Source: Deltaproteobacteria bacterium (GTDB taxonomy: Bacteria; Myxococcota_A; Polyangia; Polyangiales; Houyiibacteriaceae). From it: a stretch of 64,000 nt of DNA. Positions 52,717-62,600 of the stretch are shown piece after piece. Location of the stretch: positions 64,001 through 128,000 of the forward strand of contig JAXMNT010000003.1 of assembly GCA_034670305.1 (NCBI GenBank), given 5' to 3'. Position 1 is the first letter of the stretch. The number at the start of each line of letters is the position of its first letter. The position numbers and the translations under genes are program-made. The notes beneath the pieces are model-generated. The model was given only the letters and a program-made list of their open reading frames with translations. It made no database searches and was not told the DNA's origin.

Positions 52717-53028
52717 TCAATCCTCAGTTGATACGAGGACCCCCTGTAGCCTCGCCTCCCTTATGACGAACGAGTCGCTCAGAGGTGCCTTGTGCTCCAG
52801 AACACCTAGTTCCTGGAGCAGTCGTAGAGCCTCAGACTCGGTCGGAAGCCGGTACCGGTCACGGGGAACCGAAAGAAGGGTCTCGTCATCACTCGCCAAG
52901 TCGGGAAGCCGCGCCCACGAGACTCCGCACATGGGGCACCAGAAGTACGGTCTGCCATCGGCGTCGACCAGGAGGATGACCTCATCTTGGTCCACGTGGC
53001 ATTTGGCAACAACACAAATTCGTATCAC
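52717..53028 (-). CDS. Small FWCxxC protein (paralog 1), candidate immunity protein
   Basis: 103 aa; clear similarity to 53744..54055. Confidence 0.7.
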   Translation of the reverse strand: MIRICVVAKCHVDQDEVILLVDADGRPYFWCPMCGVSWARLPDLASDDETLLSVPRDRYRLPTESEALRLLQELGVLEHKAPLSDSFVIREARLQGVLVSTED

Positions 53029-53049
53029 CGCGCCCCCTGGATAAATCTT

Positions 53050-53208
53050 CTAGTCTTCTAGGAACAGTCCGCACCAAGCCAAGCAGGTCCCGCTGTGCTG
53101 TGGCATGACTGCGTTCATGCGTCCGGCGGCATCGTAACTGTAGGTGATGTCGCTCGCGAGGCTTGTCAGCTCGGTGCATTCACGCTGAGCCTCCGGAGCT
53201 ACCGGTTC
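53050..53208 (-). pseudogene. Rhs/YD-repeat gene fragment
   Basis: Stop-to-stop frame reads EPVAPEAQRECTELTSLASDITYSYDAAGRMNAVMPQ...; contains a YD-repeat motif (YSYDAAGR). Confidence 0.55.
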
Positions 53209-53252
53209 TCAAGAACCTGTCCGCTCCAGTGAACACCCTCCGGAATCTACGG

Positions 53253-53648
53253 TCAGTCTCGCAGGGGTCGACCGAGGTCATTCAAGATGGAGCGCGCACA
53301 ACCCGCCGACATCGAGAAAACCCAGCGCTGGTCGACCGAGGTTGCACGAAAATCTTGGTTCCGGGCGCGAGATTCGAGGAATGGAACGAGTTCCGAGAGT
53401 TTGGCGGCCCGAATGCGATGTGGCTGGCCCCATAGGCGTCCCAGGAATGAATCCAGCAATAGGTCGCGATCCTGAAACTCGACACTCAGGGGCACTCGAC
53501 GTTGAACAACCCAGAACAACAGCATCGTGAACGGGAGCACGAACATTGCCTGCCACGCGACGATCGCGAGAAGAAGCACGATGATGTTCTGGACGGTGCA
53601 AATCACGAGTGCGAAGTAGCGTCCTGTCCGCATGGTGGGGCTGTTCAT
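53253..53648 (-). CDS. Small two-TM membrane protein, candidate immunity protein
   Basis: Two hydrophobic helices plus a soluble tail; lower GC. Confidence 0.55.
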   Translation of the reverse strand: MNSPTMRTGRYFALVICTVQNIIVLLLAIVAWQAMFVLPFTMLLFWVVQRRVPLSVEFQDRDLLLDSFLGRLWGQPHRIRAAKLSELVPFLESRARNQDFRATSVDQRWVFSMSAGCARSILNDLGRPLRD

Positions 53649-53743
53649 GAAACCGCCAGAGGTATCCAGGTGGACTTGCTCACCACCAACGGACCGTCGA
53701 ACCCGAGCGTCGTTGCCCACTCTTCTAGTTTCATCGTAGGGAC

Positions 53744-54055
53744 TCAATCGCCTTGAATCCCAATCGAAGCGGCGATCTCAAGAATGAACTCCACATGAAC
53801 CGGACTCCGTTGGGTGAACCCAAAAGTCTCAGATGCCAACGCAACTTCAGATGCGCTCGGCAGTCGAAATTGCCCAGGGGGCAAACGGACGATCATTTCG
53901 CTATCGCTCGGAAGACCCTCCCAGCAGCACTCACACTGGGCGCACCAGAACCACGCAACCCCATCTTCATTCATCAGCATGATGACTTCTTCGGACTCGC
54001 CCGGGCAATGTTCAACGAAGACGAGCTGCGTAGTCATGGGAGTAGCAGTATCCAT
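53744..54055 (-). CDS. Small FWCxxC protein (paralog 2), candidate immunity protein
   Basis: EEVIML..DG..WFWCAQC...W..LP...FRLPS.SE matches 52717..53028. Start at 54055 or 54037. Confidence 0.7.
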   Translation of the reverse strand: MDTATPMTTQLVFVEHCPGESEEVIMLMNEDGVAWFWCAQCECCWEGLPSDSEMIVRLPPGQFRLPSASEVALASETFGFTQRSPVHVEFILEIAASIGIQGD

Positions 54056-54122
54056 TCGGCGTGATTTGAGGCGATCGTGCGTCGCAATCCGAGTAAGTGC
54101 GCACTCCGGCGGGACTGCACCC

Positions 54123-55253
54123 CTACTCGCAGGGGTTCGGGAGCGGTCGCGATGGCCCGAGGCCGCCGTACTCAGCGCGGACGCCGGTGAAACGGACGCC
54201 GAGGCTGATCGCGTCGCACGCCACGCCGATGCCGCCGGTGCCGGGGCGGGAACGAACGTCGGCGATGGACCGGAGCTGGGCTTCGACGATGTCGCGTTCT
54301 GCGCTGCCGACACAGATGCCGATGTTGTCGCCGGTGTCGAGCAGATCGACGATCGACCAGCGACCGGCGACCGTCGCAGAGATCAGCGCGGTCGCGTCTT
54401 CGTTGAGCGTGCCGAAGGCGGTGCCGTCCGTGAGTCGCACCCGCACGCCGGCTTCTTCGCCCGCGAAGAAGAGGATGTCGATGCGGTCGGGCAGCCGGAA
54501 CACCACGGTTCGGTCGGACACGTAGGCGTTGTCGTCCCGAACCAAGGGCTGCTCTTCCATGCCCATGAAGTAGGTGTCGTCGCGCGCCCAGAAGGTGTCG
54601 TTGCCATCCCACGCGGGGGCTGGTGCCGGTGCGCCGCCCACCTGGAGCTCGAACCCTTCGAAACTCGCAGCGGAAGGATCGGCGCTGGTGCCGCCGGCCG
54701 CTTGGGTGAGCGTGACGTCGACGCGTGGGTCGTTCGACTCGCCGTTCCACTTCGAGAGGCGGATCAAGATGGTGCCGATGCCTGCGAGCTGCGCGGTGCG
54801 GGTGTCCCGCTCGAGGTCCGGCAACGCGAGCCGCACGATGGGGAAGAGCTTGTCCCCGAACACGTTGTCGATGCCGCCGTTGCCATCGAGAGGCGGCTCC
54901 GCGTCTTCGTTCGGCGGCACACACTCGACCATCGGGGCCGGCGCGACCGAGTTCAGATCGTCGAGGTCTTGGCCGATGTCCCGCCAGCGGTCGCCGCCCT
55001 GGTTGAGCTCCACGTCGCGGAGCGCCGCGAGCAGCGGTTCGGCGTCGGGGCCGTCCGGCGTGGTGGGCCGGGGCGGGGGTTTGCGCAGCCCGCTGATGTC
55101 CACGACGTCGGGCGCCGGGGCGTCGGTGAGGCCCACGTCTTCCGCGGCATCCGCGCTCCCGGCGTCCACCTCGACGAGCGACGTATCGAAGACCGAACAC
55201 GCACAGACGCACACAATGGCGACCCGCCATGTCGAGTGTTTGCCCCACGCCAC
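54123..55253 (-). CDS. Hypothetical lipoprotein
   Basis: VCAC lipobox, DAG linker, G.DLD, DG.GGIDN.FG, CDAISLG motifs. Confidence 0.75.
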   Translation of the reverse strand: MAWGKHSTWRVAIVCVCACSVFDTSLVEVDAGSADAAEDVGLTDAPAPDVVDISGLRKPPPRPTTPDGPDAEPLLAALRDVELNQGGDRWRDIGQDLDDLNSVAPAPMVECVPPNEDAEPPLDGNGGIDNVFGDKLFPIVRLALPDLERDTRTAQLAGIGTILIRLSKWNGESNDPRVDVTLTQAAGGTSADPSAASFEGFELQVGGAPAPAPAWDGNDTFWARDDTYFMGMEEQPLVRDDNAYVSDRTVVFRLPDRIDILFFAGEEAGVRVRLTDGTAFGTLNEDATALISATVAGRWSIVDLLDTGDNIGICVGSAERDIVEAQLRSIADVRSRPGTGGIGVACDAISLGVRFTGVRAEYGGLGPSRPLPNPCE

Positions 55254-55324
55254 GGCGACAGCCTACCCCGAAACCCAGCCGTCCACACGTTCACGGAGCC
55301 GCTGCGAACCCCGCCGTCCACACC

Positions 55325-56764
55325 TCAGGGGGTGGCCGCGAACTCGGTCCCGTCGAGCAGCGCCGTCAGCAGCACTTCGCCCAGCCGTTCGTACCCGCGC
55401 CGGGTGTAGTGCACCAGATCGCCGGCGCCGTAGGACGGTTCCATCGCTGCCCACTCGACCATCGAGAGCGGCCCGCCCGAGAACGCGACGAGGTCGAAGA
55501 AGCCGCAGCCATGCCGAAGCGCCACCCGGTACTGCGCGTCGATCAGCGCGTGGGTTCGGGGGCGGTCTTCGATCACCCCATCGTCCCGTTTGAGCGGCCG
55601 GTCGGACGGTCCGATGAGCAGACAGCTGGCTTGCGGCACGGTCTGCCGAACCCGCGACACCACTTCCTCGAGCTGCGCTTCGTACCGTTCGATCGGCAGG
55701 TCGTCGCCACTTTCGTTGGTGCCGTACGCCAGGACGACGAGGTCGGGTCGGCGGCGGGCCATGTGCTCTCGGTAGAGCGCGTCTTCCCAGAGCAGGTGGT
55801 ACCGGGCACGCGCCCCATTGATGCCGAGCGTGTCGACGAGCACCCCGGGCGTCTCGCGTTCGACCGCGACCCCGAAGAAACGGACCGGTCCATCGCCCAC
55901 CGCGCGTACTTCGAGCGAGTGCGGACCATCGGGCACCCGGAAGGTGGCGTAGTTGCCGTGGGCCGCGTCCGCCGCGGTGTTGACGCGCTGGGCCGGCCGG
56001 CCATCCATCAGGACGTCGAACCGGCCACCGCCGGGCTGGTCGAGGTAGTAGATGTCGAAGAGGCTCGCGCTGCGTCCGACGCTCCCGCTGTCTTCGGTCG
56101 ACACGCGGCCGAAGGCGCCGGCCCGGTCCGTCTCGACGTACACGCCATGCACGCCGAAGTGGTCCACGTCACGGGTGTTGGCCCGCGCTTTGGTGGCATG
56201 CCAACGTCCGCGGTTCGACTCGACGTCGACGCCCCGGTGACGGTAGGTGCGCCAGGGATGGGCGGGCAGCACCACGCCGTGTCCAGCGTCGCCGAACCGC
56301 GCCTGCAGTCGCTCCCGGATGAGGCCGGTGAACAGGTCGCTCGCGACGTGGGAGGCGCCGTAGAACATCAGCCGCGCCTGCCCTTCGCCGCGTTCGGCAC
56401 GGCGCAGCGCTTCGTGCAGCGCGTCCATCGAGTGACCGTTGCGGTCCTCGATGGCGATGCTCAGACCCGGGGTCTCATCGATCGGCGGCTCGAGCAGCCG
56501 GGGTCCCTGCCGCACCACGGGCGCAGGGGGGGCCGGTCGTTCGGCGGGTCGTTCGTTCGCGGCCGCTTCGCGAACCGAACGTTCGGACGGCTGAGAGGGC
56601 GTGTCGCCCACATCGGCCGACGCGGTCTCTTCACCCACGAGCGTGTCGTAGGCAGCCCCCCACACGAGGAGCACCGCGAGCAACGAAATCGCCACCGCCA
56701 GAGGAGATTGTCCAAGTCGACCGAGCACCCGTCGACCATGCGCAAAGGTGGTCCGCACGTCCAC
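55325..56764 (-). CDS. SGNH/GDSL family protein (PatB-like), paralog of 50578..52164
   Basis: N-terminal TM; FYGASH..SD, FGDAGHG, GINGAR, AYGTNE, DLVHYT..GY. Confidence 0.85.
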   Translation of the reverse strand: MDVRTTFAHGRRVLGRLGQSPLAVAISLLAVLLVWGAAYDTLVGEETASADVGDTPSQPSERSVREAAANERPAERPAPPAPVVRQGPRLLEPPIDETPGLSIAIEDRNGHSMDALHEALRRAERGEGQARLMFYGASHVASDLFTGLIRERLQARFGDAGHGVVLPAHPWRTYRHRGVDVESNRGRWHATKARANTRDVDHFGVHGVYVETDRAGAFGRVSTEDSGSVGRSASLFDIYYLDQPGGGRFDVLMDGRPAQRVNTAADAAHGNYATFRVPDGPHSLEVRAVGDGPVRFFGVAVERETPGVLVDTLGINGARARYHLLWEDALYREHMARRRPDLVVLAYGTNESGDDLPIERYEAQLEEVVSRVRQTVPQASCLLIGPSDRPLKRDDGVIEDRPRTHALIDAQYRVALRHGCGFFDLVAFSGGPLSMVEWAAMEPSYGAGDLVHYTRRGYERLGEVLLTALLDGTEFAATP

Positions 56765-56819
56765 TTATCCGCGAGTCCGCCCAGCGCGGCACCCAACCCC
56801 CTGAAGACACCGCGCCCGC

Positions 56820-58265
56820 TCAATCACCGAACGGATCGTCGTCGTCAAAAGGAGACACGATGGTCTGGTCGTCGAAGTCGTCGTCGAACGGCGCCTTCGC
56901 GGAAGGAAGCCGCACCTTCGGTTTGGTGGCGAGCGCTTCGGCGAGCAGCTGATCGAGCGGCACGCCAGAGGTCGCGTCTTGAGGCGACGTGACGTCTTCG
57001 AACGCGCGGGCGCCTTTGGAGGTGGTGTCTTCGAACGCGGCCGACCGCCTGAGCTTGGGCGCCGTGGTGGTGTCTTCGAACTCACCCCGCGCGGCGGGGC
57101 GGCTCGCCATCTCGAGCGCGTCCTCCCGGAAGTCGCCGGTGGCGTCGTCGAAATCGGCGACGGCTTCTTCTTCCACGAACATCGGCGCTCGGACGCCCGT
57201 GTCCATCTCTTCGAGGGGGTCGAGCTCCTCGATCTCGTCTTCGAGGTCGAAGGGCGCAGATGGAATCGTCTCCCGGACCCGGCGTTCCGACGCGGGCTCT
57301 GCCGGTTCTGAGAACCGCCCCTGGACGAAGGAGTCTTCTTGTACCGCCTCCGGGAAGAGCTGCTTCATCAGGTCGCCCATCGCGCGACGCTTCATGACCA
57401 AGCGGTGTTCGTACGCAAACGTCAGGAGCGACTCGTACATCTCGGTGGCCGACTGAAAGCGGTGGTCTGGGTTCGGCTGAAGCGCGCGCAAGACGATCGC
57501 CTGCAGGCCCGCTGGTACGTCGGGGCGCAGGGCACGGAGGGGGGGCACCTGCGCTTTCTGGACCGCGGTCACGGTGTCGATGTCGCCGCCGCGCAAGAAG
57601 AGCCGCTGTCCGGTCAGCCACTCGAACATGCACGTGCCGAGGCTGAACAGATCGCTCCGGTGATCGATCGGCATGCCGCGCGCTTGTTCCGACGAGAGGT
57701 ACGCCAGCTTGCCTTTGACCACCCCGACCTGCGTGGTCGAGATGCGACCGGCGGCTTTGGCGAGACCGAAGTCGATCACCTTCACGGCGCCTTCGAAGCT
57801 GACGAGGATGTTCGAGGGCGAGACGTCCCGGTGAATGATGTTGAGCGGGCGCCCGCCGGGACCGGTCGCCTCGTGCGCGTGGGCCAAGGCTTCGCAGACG
57901 CGCATGGCGACGGTGACCACGAACTCGAGCGGCAGGCTCAGCGCACCCGCCGGTCCGTCGGCGAGGCGTTTGGTGAGGGCCCCCATGTCCCGGCCCGCCA
58001 CGTACTCCTGCGCGATGAAGTACACCTCGTCGTCGCGGCCGAGGTCGTAGATGGTCGCGATGTTCGGATGGGAGAGCTGAACCGCGATCTTCGCCTCGTC
58101 GATGAACATCGAGACGAACTGATCGTCCGCGGAGATGCCCGGCAGGATGCGCTTGATCGCGACCATCCGCTCAAAGCCTTCCTCGCCGGTCTGGCGGGCG
58201 AGGAAGACTTCCGCCATTCCGCCCATCCCGATCCGCTCGAGAAGCTCGTACTGCCCGACGAACAC
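56820..58265 (-). CDS. Ser/Thr protein kinase with an acidic C-terminal tail
   Basis: IGMGGMAEV, VAIK, HRDVSPSN, DFGLAK, SDLFSLG. GTG start estimated. Confidence 0.92.
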   Translation of the reverse strand: MFVGQYELLERIGMGGMAEVFLARQTGEEGFERMVAIKRILPGISADDQFVSMFIDEAKIAVQLSHPNIATIYDLGRDDEVYFIAQEYVAGRDMGALTKRLADGPAGALSLPLEFVVTVAMRVCEALAHAHEATGPGGRPLNIIHRDVSPSNILVSFEGAVKVIDFGLAKAAGRISTTQVGVVKGKLAYLSSEQARGMPIDHRSDLFSLGTCMFEWLTGQRLFLRGGDIDTVTAVQKAQVPPLRALRPDVPAGLQAIVLRALQPNPDHRFQSATEMYESLLTFAYEHRLVMKRRAMGDLMKQLFPEAVQEDSFVQGRFSEPAEPASERRVRETIPSAPFDLEDEIEELDPLEEMDTGVRAPMFVEEEAVADFDDATGDFREDALEMASRPAARGEFEDTTTAPKLRRSAAFEDTTSKGARAFEDVTSPQDATSGVPLDQLLAEALATKPKVRLPSAKAPFDDDFDDQTIVSPFDDDDPFGD

Positions 58266-58309
58266 TTGGTCGGCAGCATACCGCGTTCGGATGGTTTGGG
58301 CAGCGGTGC

Positions 58310-59620
58310 CTATTCGATCCGCACCGCGCGGCCGAACTTCAGGTGCTCGCCGAGGCTCCCGTTCGGGGTGATGACCCACAAGACCTTGCAGGGCGGACGG
58401 ATCGATGGGGCGCCGGCGTGACCATCGGTGAGGTAGATGCAGCCGTCCCAGCGCTCCATCCGCGATTCTCGAAGGGCATGAAAGACCGGGTCGAAGGCGG
58501 TGCCGCCCCGGCCCGCCACCGCCTGGGGCAGTTTGCCGCGGTAGGGGTAGCGCCGCTGCACCGCGGCGTCGCACTCGAACACGATGACCTCCGCGCCTGC
58601 GCGCCACATGCCATGGATCTCTGCGAAGAAGAGGCTCAGCTCCTCGTCGCCGACCGAGCCGGACGTGTCCACCCCGACCGCGAGCCGCTGCAAACGTTTG
58701 ACCTTGATGCCGGGGAAGGTGCCGTAGCGTTGGCTGGGTCGGCGCAAGGTCGACGCGATGCGGGTCTTGCGGCTGCTGTTCGAGAAGATCCGCACGACCC
58801 GGCGCCAGTCGACCCGCGGTTTGGCGCGCTCGAGCGCTGCCTGGATCAACTCGCGCAGGCGGTTCGGCAGGTTGCCCCATTGGCGCGAGCCGACCCGCGC
58901 CGCGGTCCGCCGGATGATGCCGTCGATCATGCCCTCGCTCGCCTCCGCGCCGACGTCGTCGAACTCGCCCCAAAGCGAGTGGTCGCTGTGCCAGGTCTCC
59001 GCGATGCCGCTCAGCGCCGCGGCACTCTTGCACGCTTTCACCCCGAGCGACTTCCACCCGTCCGGCGAGAGCGACGGCATGCCGGCGCCGCCGCAGTTCG
59101 GACACGCGTCGGCTTCGGGTGAGCCGTCCGCGGCGTCCTGCATCTCGCGGGCGAGCGAACGAAGTTTCTCGTAGTAGTGGTCCGCCGTCTGGTCCGCCTT
59201 GAGCCCAAGGTCGGGGAAGGTCGCGAGGGTCAGACCGCTCTCCGGGAGCGGCCAGGGTTTGATGACCTGGTTCACCACCAGGTCCGCCGCGATGTTCCAG
59301 ATCATCGGGTGCCGGCGTTTGTCCTGGTCGCGGCGCACCACGTGTTTGAAGAGCAAGTGGAGCGCTTCGTGTTTGACCACGGCCACGCGCTCCCGCCGGC
59401 TCCGAAGCACCTTCACGAAGAAGAACGGGTTCACCGTGAGCCGGACGTGCCCACCGGAGATGGAGACCGCGGCCGTCGGGGTCAGGTCGGTCGAGACCCG
59501 GCGCACCACGGACGCGAGCAGGTGCCCGAAGAAGGGTTCCTTCAGCAGCAGATCCGTCACGCAGCGATCGAGTTCGAGGCGCGCCTTGTCGGTGGGCGCG
59601 TCGGTGGACACGGTGGCCAT
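58310..59620 (-). CDS. DUF2201-type metallopeptidase + VWA-like domain protein
   Basis: PFFG, TAAV, HEALH, WNIAADL.VN; C-terminal VDTSGS, GRGGTAF, YLTDG. Confidence 0.9.
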   Translation of the reverse strand: MATVSTDAPTDKARLELDRCVTDLLLKEPFFGHLLASVVRRVSTDLTPTAAVSISGGHVRLTVNPFFFVKVLRSRRERVAVVKHEALHLLFKHVVRRDQDKRRHPMIWNIAADLVVNQVIKPWPLPESGLTLATFPDLGLKADQTADHYYEKLRSLAREMQDAADGSPEADACPNCGGAGMPSLSPDGWKSLGVKACKSAAALSGIAETWHSDHSLWGEFDDVGAEASEGMIDGIIRRTAARVGSRQWGNLPNRLRELIQAALERAKPRVDWRRVVRIFSNSSRKTRIASTLRRPSQRYGTFPGIKVKRLQRLAVGVDTSGSVGDEELSLFFAEIHGMWRAGAEVIVFECDAAVQRRYPYRGKLPQAVAGRGGTAFDPVFHALRESRMERWDGCIYLTDGHAGAPSIRPPCKVLWVITPNGSLGEHLKFGRAVRIE

Positions 59621-59622
59621 CG

Positions 59623-60744
59623 CTAGAGCAGGTCGAGCATCAACTCGGCCAACGCCCGATGCCGCATCATGCCCTTCACGTCGTCGGACCCATCCTGAAG
59701 CAGGTCGCGGTGCAGGCTCATCCGCAGATCGTTCGGGAGTGCCTCGTGAAGCAAGAACGCGACGAGGTTCTCGCCGTGTTTCTTCTTCGGCTCGTAGCGG
59801 GGGTGGGTGAGGGTGAGAAACAAACGCGTGCAGATGACACTGAGCCGATCGACGCGTTTCTCGTCTTCTTCGCCGCGGGCCAACTTCGCGATGCGGCTCT
59901 CGATCGGCGCCCAGGTCGGCGCGTCGAGGATCTGCTCCGGAGAGATGAGCTCCTGGAGCCCGTCGAGCACGAAACTCGTGAACGTCGCGACCGTGATGTC
60001 GTCGAGCGACGACGCGGCGAGCGTGCGGACCAGGTCGATGTGCTCTTTCAGATCTTCGATCGGCGCGATCTGATCGAGGAACTGGGTGAGCGAACGCGGC
60101 GTCGTGCGCTTGCCCGTGATCACCTCCGGGTAGGTCAGCGCAAACGCGATGCCGCGTTCGTCGACACCCACGCGGTGGGCCCAGGCGGCCCACGCTTTGA
60201 CGTCGAACGTCATCGTCGCGTGCAACATCCGCGTCAACATCGCGTCGTCCATCGGAGTGACGCTGTAGTCCCCACCCTCCGGGTTCGCGGTGCAGACGAT
60301 CTGCCACTTGGGCGGCAGCTTCCACGAGAACATCTCGAAGTTCTGCAAGAGCTGCATCAGACCGCGAAGGATGCGGTCGTCGGCGCGGTTGATGTCGTCG
60401 AGCAGAAGCACCCCGGGACCATCTTGGGTGGGCACCCACTTCGGTGGCGCAAACGCGGTGCGGGCGCCCTTCTCGGTGTCGATGCGTTCGGGCAACCCAT
60501 GCAGATCGCCCATCTCCTCGAACTGCGCCGGCGCGCAGTACGCCCAGCCCCAGCCGCGGGCTTTGACGTAGTCCTCGACGATCATCGACTTGCCGACGCC
60601 ATGCAGGCCCCAGATGCAGACCGGTGTCGGGCGCTGGCCCCGGCTCTGCAGCGCGATGTTCGTGGTGAACACGTGGTCGAGGAGCGGAACGAGGCGCTGC
60701 GCGTCCAGTCGCGCGCCATGGAACAGGTGCAGGTCGTCACTCAT
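59623..60744 (-). CDS. MoxR-like AAA+ ATPase
   Basis: GLHGVGKS Walker A, DLHGLP, LLLDDINRA Walker B, TANP, TPRS. Confidence 0.9.
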   Translation of the reverse strand: MSDDLHLFHGARLDAQRLVPLLDHVFTTNIALQSRGQRPTPVCIWGLHGVGKSMIVEDYVKARGWGWAYCAPAQFEEMGDLHGLPERIDTEKGARTAFAPPKWVPTQDGPGVLLLDDINRADDRILRGLMQLLQNFEMFSWKLPPKWQIVCTANPEGGDYSVTPMDDAMLTRMLHATMTFDVKAWAAWAHRVGVDERGIAFALTYPEVITGKRTTPRSLTQFLDQIAPIEDLKEHIDLVRTLAASSLDDITVATFTSFVLDGLQELISPEQILDAPTWAPIESRIAKLARGEEDEKRVDRLSVICTRLFLTLTHPRYEPKKKHGENLVAFLLHEALPNDLRMSLHRDLLQDGSDDVKGMMRHRALAELMLDLL

Positions 60745-60804
60745 GTCGTCGTCTCGAAGGGGCTTCTCGGAAGGGCTTCTCGGAAGGTCACTGGGGGCGC
60801 CGCG

Positions 60805-62511
60805 CTACTCGGCCGCGTGCGGGGGATCGATGGGTTCCAGGGCATCCCCGTCGACGACCGTCGGCAGCTCGAAGGGGTCCTCGGCCAAGATCCGCCGCAC
60901 CCGCCGGAGGAGTGGCTCGAGGGTCCGCACGTCGAGCGCGCTGACCGCGACCCCGTCGTGTTCGTGCGCGATCATCGCGGCCCGCCTCGGGTCCATGCGA
61001 TCGGCTTTGTTGACCACCACGAGCCGCGGGATGCGTTCGAGCCCGAGTTGGTTGAGCAGGCTCTCGGTGGTCTGCACGTGATCGACGTGGCTGGGATCCG
61101 AACCATCGATCACATGAAGAATGAGATCCGAGTCTTCCGCTTCTTCGAAGGTCGCGCGAAACGCCGCGAAGAGATCTTTGGGCAGGTCGCGGATGAACCC
61201 GACGGTGTCGGTGAACACCCAGGCGTCGCCGTCCGGGTGTTCCCGGCGGCGTGCACGGGTGTCGAGCGTGGCGAAGAGTTTGTCCTCCGCCAATACGTCC
61301 GAGCCGGTCAACGCGTTGAGCAGCGTGCTCTTGCCCGCGTTCGTGTACCCGACGAGCGCCACGACCTTGGTGCCACGCCGGCCTCGTTTGCGGCGGCGCT
61401 GTTTTCGCTGCTTGCCCAGTTTGTCGAGTTGCTTCTTGAGTCGGGTGATCCGCTCGTGTGCGCGGCGCCGACCGATCTCGAGCTTGGTCTCACCGGGTCC
61501 ACGTCCACCGATGCCGCCGGTCAGTCGCGAGAGCGCGTCGTCCTTCTGGCCAAGGCGCGGAAGCAGGTAGTGCATCTGCGCGAGCTCGACCTGGAGCTTG
61601 CCGTCCCGGCTCTGCGCGCGTTGCGCGAAGATGTCCAAGATGAGCTGGGTCCGGTCGATCACTTTCAGATCGGTCATGCCCGCGATGGCCGCCGCCTGTG
61701 CGGCGCTGAGTTCGCGGTCGAAGATCAACACTTCGACGTCGAGCTGCATCGCGCGGATCATCACCTCTTCGAGTTTGCCGCGGCCGAGCACGAACTTCGG
61801 ATCGACCCGGTCGCGCACCTGGAGGATCACGTCGCCGACTTCGACCCCGGCCGTGCGCGCGAGCTCTTCGAGTTCTCGAAGCGAGTCTTCCGCTTGGGAG
61901 GAGTTTCGTTTGGTGCAGACGTGGACCAGGATCGCCCGGCCGTCTTTGGCGAGCACTGGACGCGCCCGCGCTGCACGCGCGAACTCTTCTTCGAGCGCGT
62001 GCACGATCGCCGCCGGGTTGGCGTCGAGGCGCCCGTAGCTGATCGGTCCGAAGGTCTGGTGGGGCGGCGTCGAAGAAGTGCCATCGCCCGGAAGGCAGTG
62101 GCCGTAGTACACCCAGGTCGGCCGCGGTTCTCCGGGCGCCAGACAAATGGCGACGATGAGATCGAGCCGAAGCCGCGTGAGGTCGACGAGGTCGTCGCGG
62201 GTCAGCGGCTCGTTGGCGAGGTGGGTGTGGATCAGCCGCAGACCGCGCAGTCGCCCCGTGCCCCCACGCAGCCGGCCGACGTCCGGCAGCATGAGCTGAC
62301 TGGCCGTGCCGATGATGACGTGGTTCACCGTGCCGTTGCGGTCGACGAGCACCCCGACCTGGCGACCGGTCGCATGCGATATGTCGCAGAGCGATTTGGT
62401 CAGCTCAGGCGTCGTGAGTTGGTCGAAGGGGACCCGACGCCGATAGATCCGCTGGAGCGCTTTGGTCTCGGACGGACCCAAGCCCGATGTATTGCCGTGG
62501 ATGGGATGCAA
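60805..62511 (-). CDS. hflX: GTPase HflX (long N-terminal form)
   Basis: [57 protein letters not shown] start estimated. Confidence 0.95.
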   Translation of the reverse strand: MHPIHGNTSGLGPSETKALQRIYRRRVPFDQLTTPELTKSLCDISHATGRQVGVLVDRNGTVNHVIIGTASQLMLPDVGRLRGGTGRLRGLRLIHTHLANEPLTRDDLVDLTRLRLDLIVAICLAPGEPRPTWVYYGHCLPGDGTSSTPPHQTFGPISYGRLDANPAAIVHALEEEFARAARARPVLAKDGRAILVHVCTKRNSSQAEDSLRELEELARTAGVEVGDVILQVRDRVDPKFVLGRGKLEEVMIRAMQLDVEVLIFDRELSAAQAAAIAGMTDLKVIDRTQLILDIFAQRAQSRDGKLQVELAQMHYLLPRLGQKDDALSRLTGGIGGRGPGETKLEIGRRRAHERITRLKKQLDKLGKQRKQRRRKRGRRGTKVVALVGYTNAGKSTLLNALTGSDVLAEDKLFATLDTRARRREHPDGDAWVFTDTVGFIRDLPKDLFAAFRATFEEAEDSDLILHVIDGSDPSHVDHVQTTESLLNQLGLERIPRLVVVNKADRMDPRRAAMIAHEHDGVAVSALDVRTLEPLLRRVRRILAEDPFELPTVVDGDALEPIDPPHAAE

Positions 62512-62600
62512 AAGTCTGTGATCTCTTCGCTGCGGAACCCCCACGTTAACACATTTACCGGACCGCGCTGCGCTCCAACGACCAAGCCCGGTCCTCCGAC

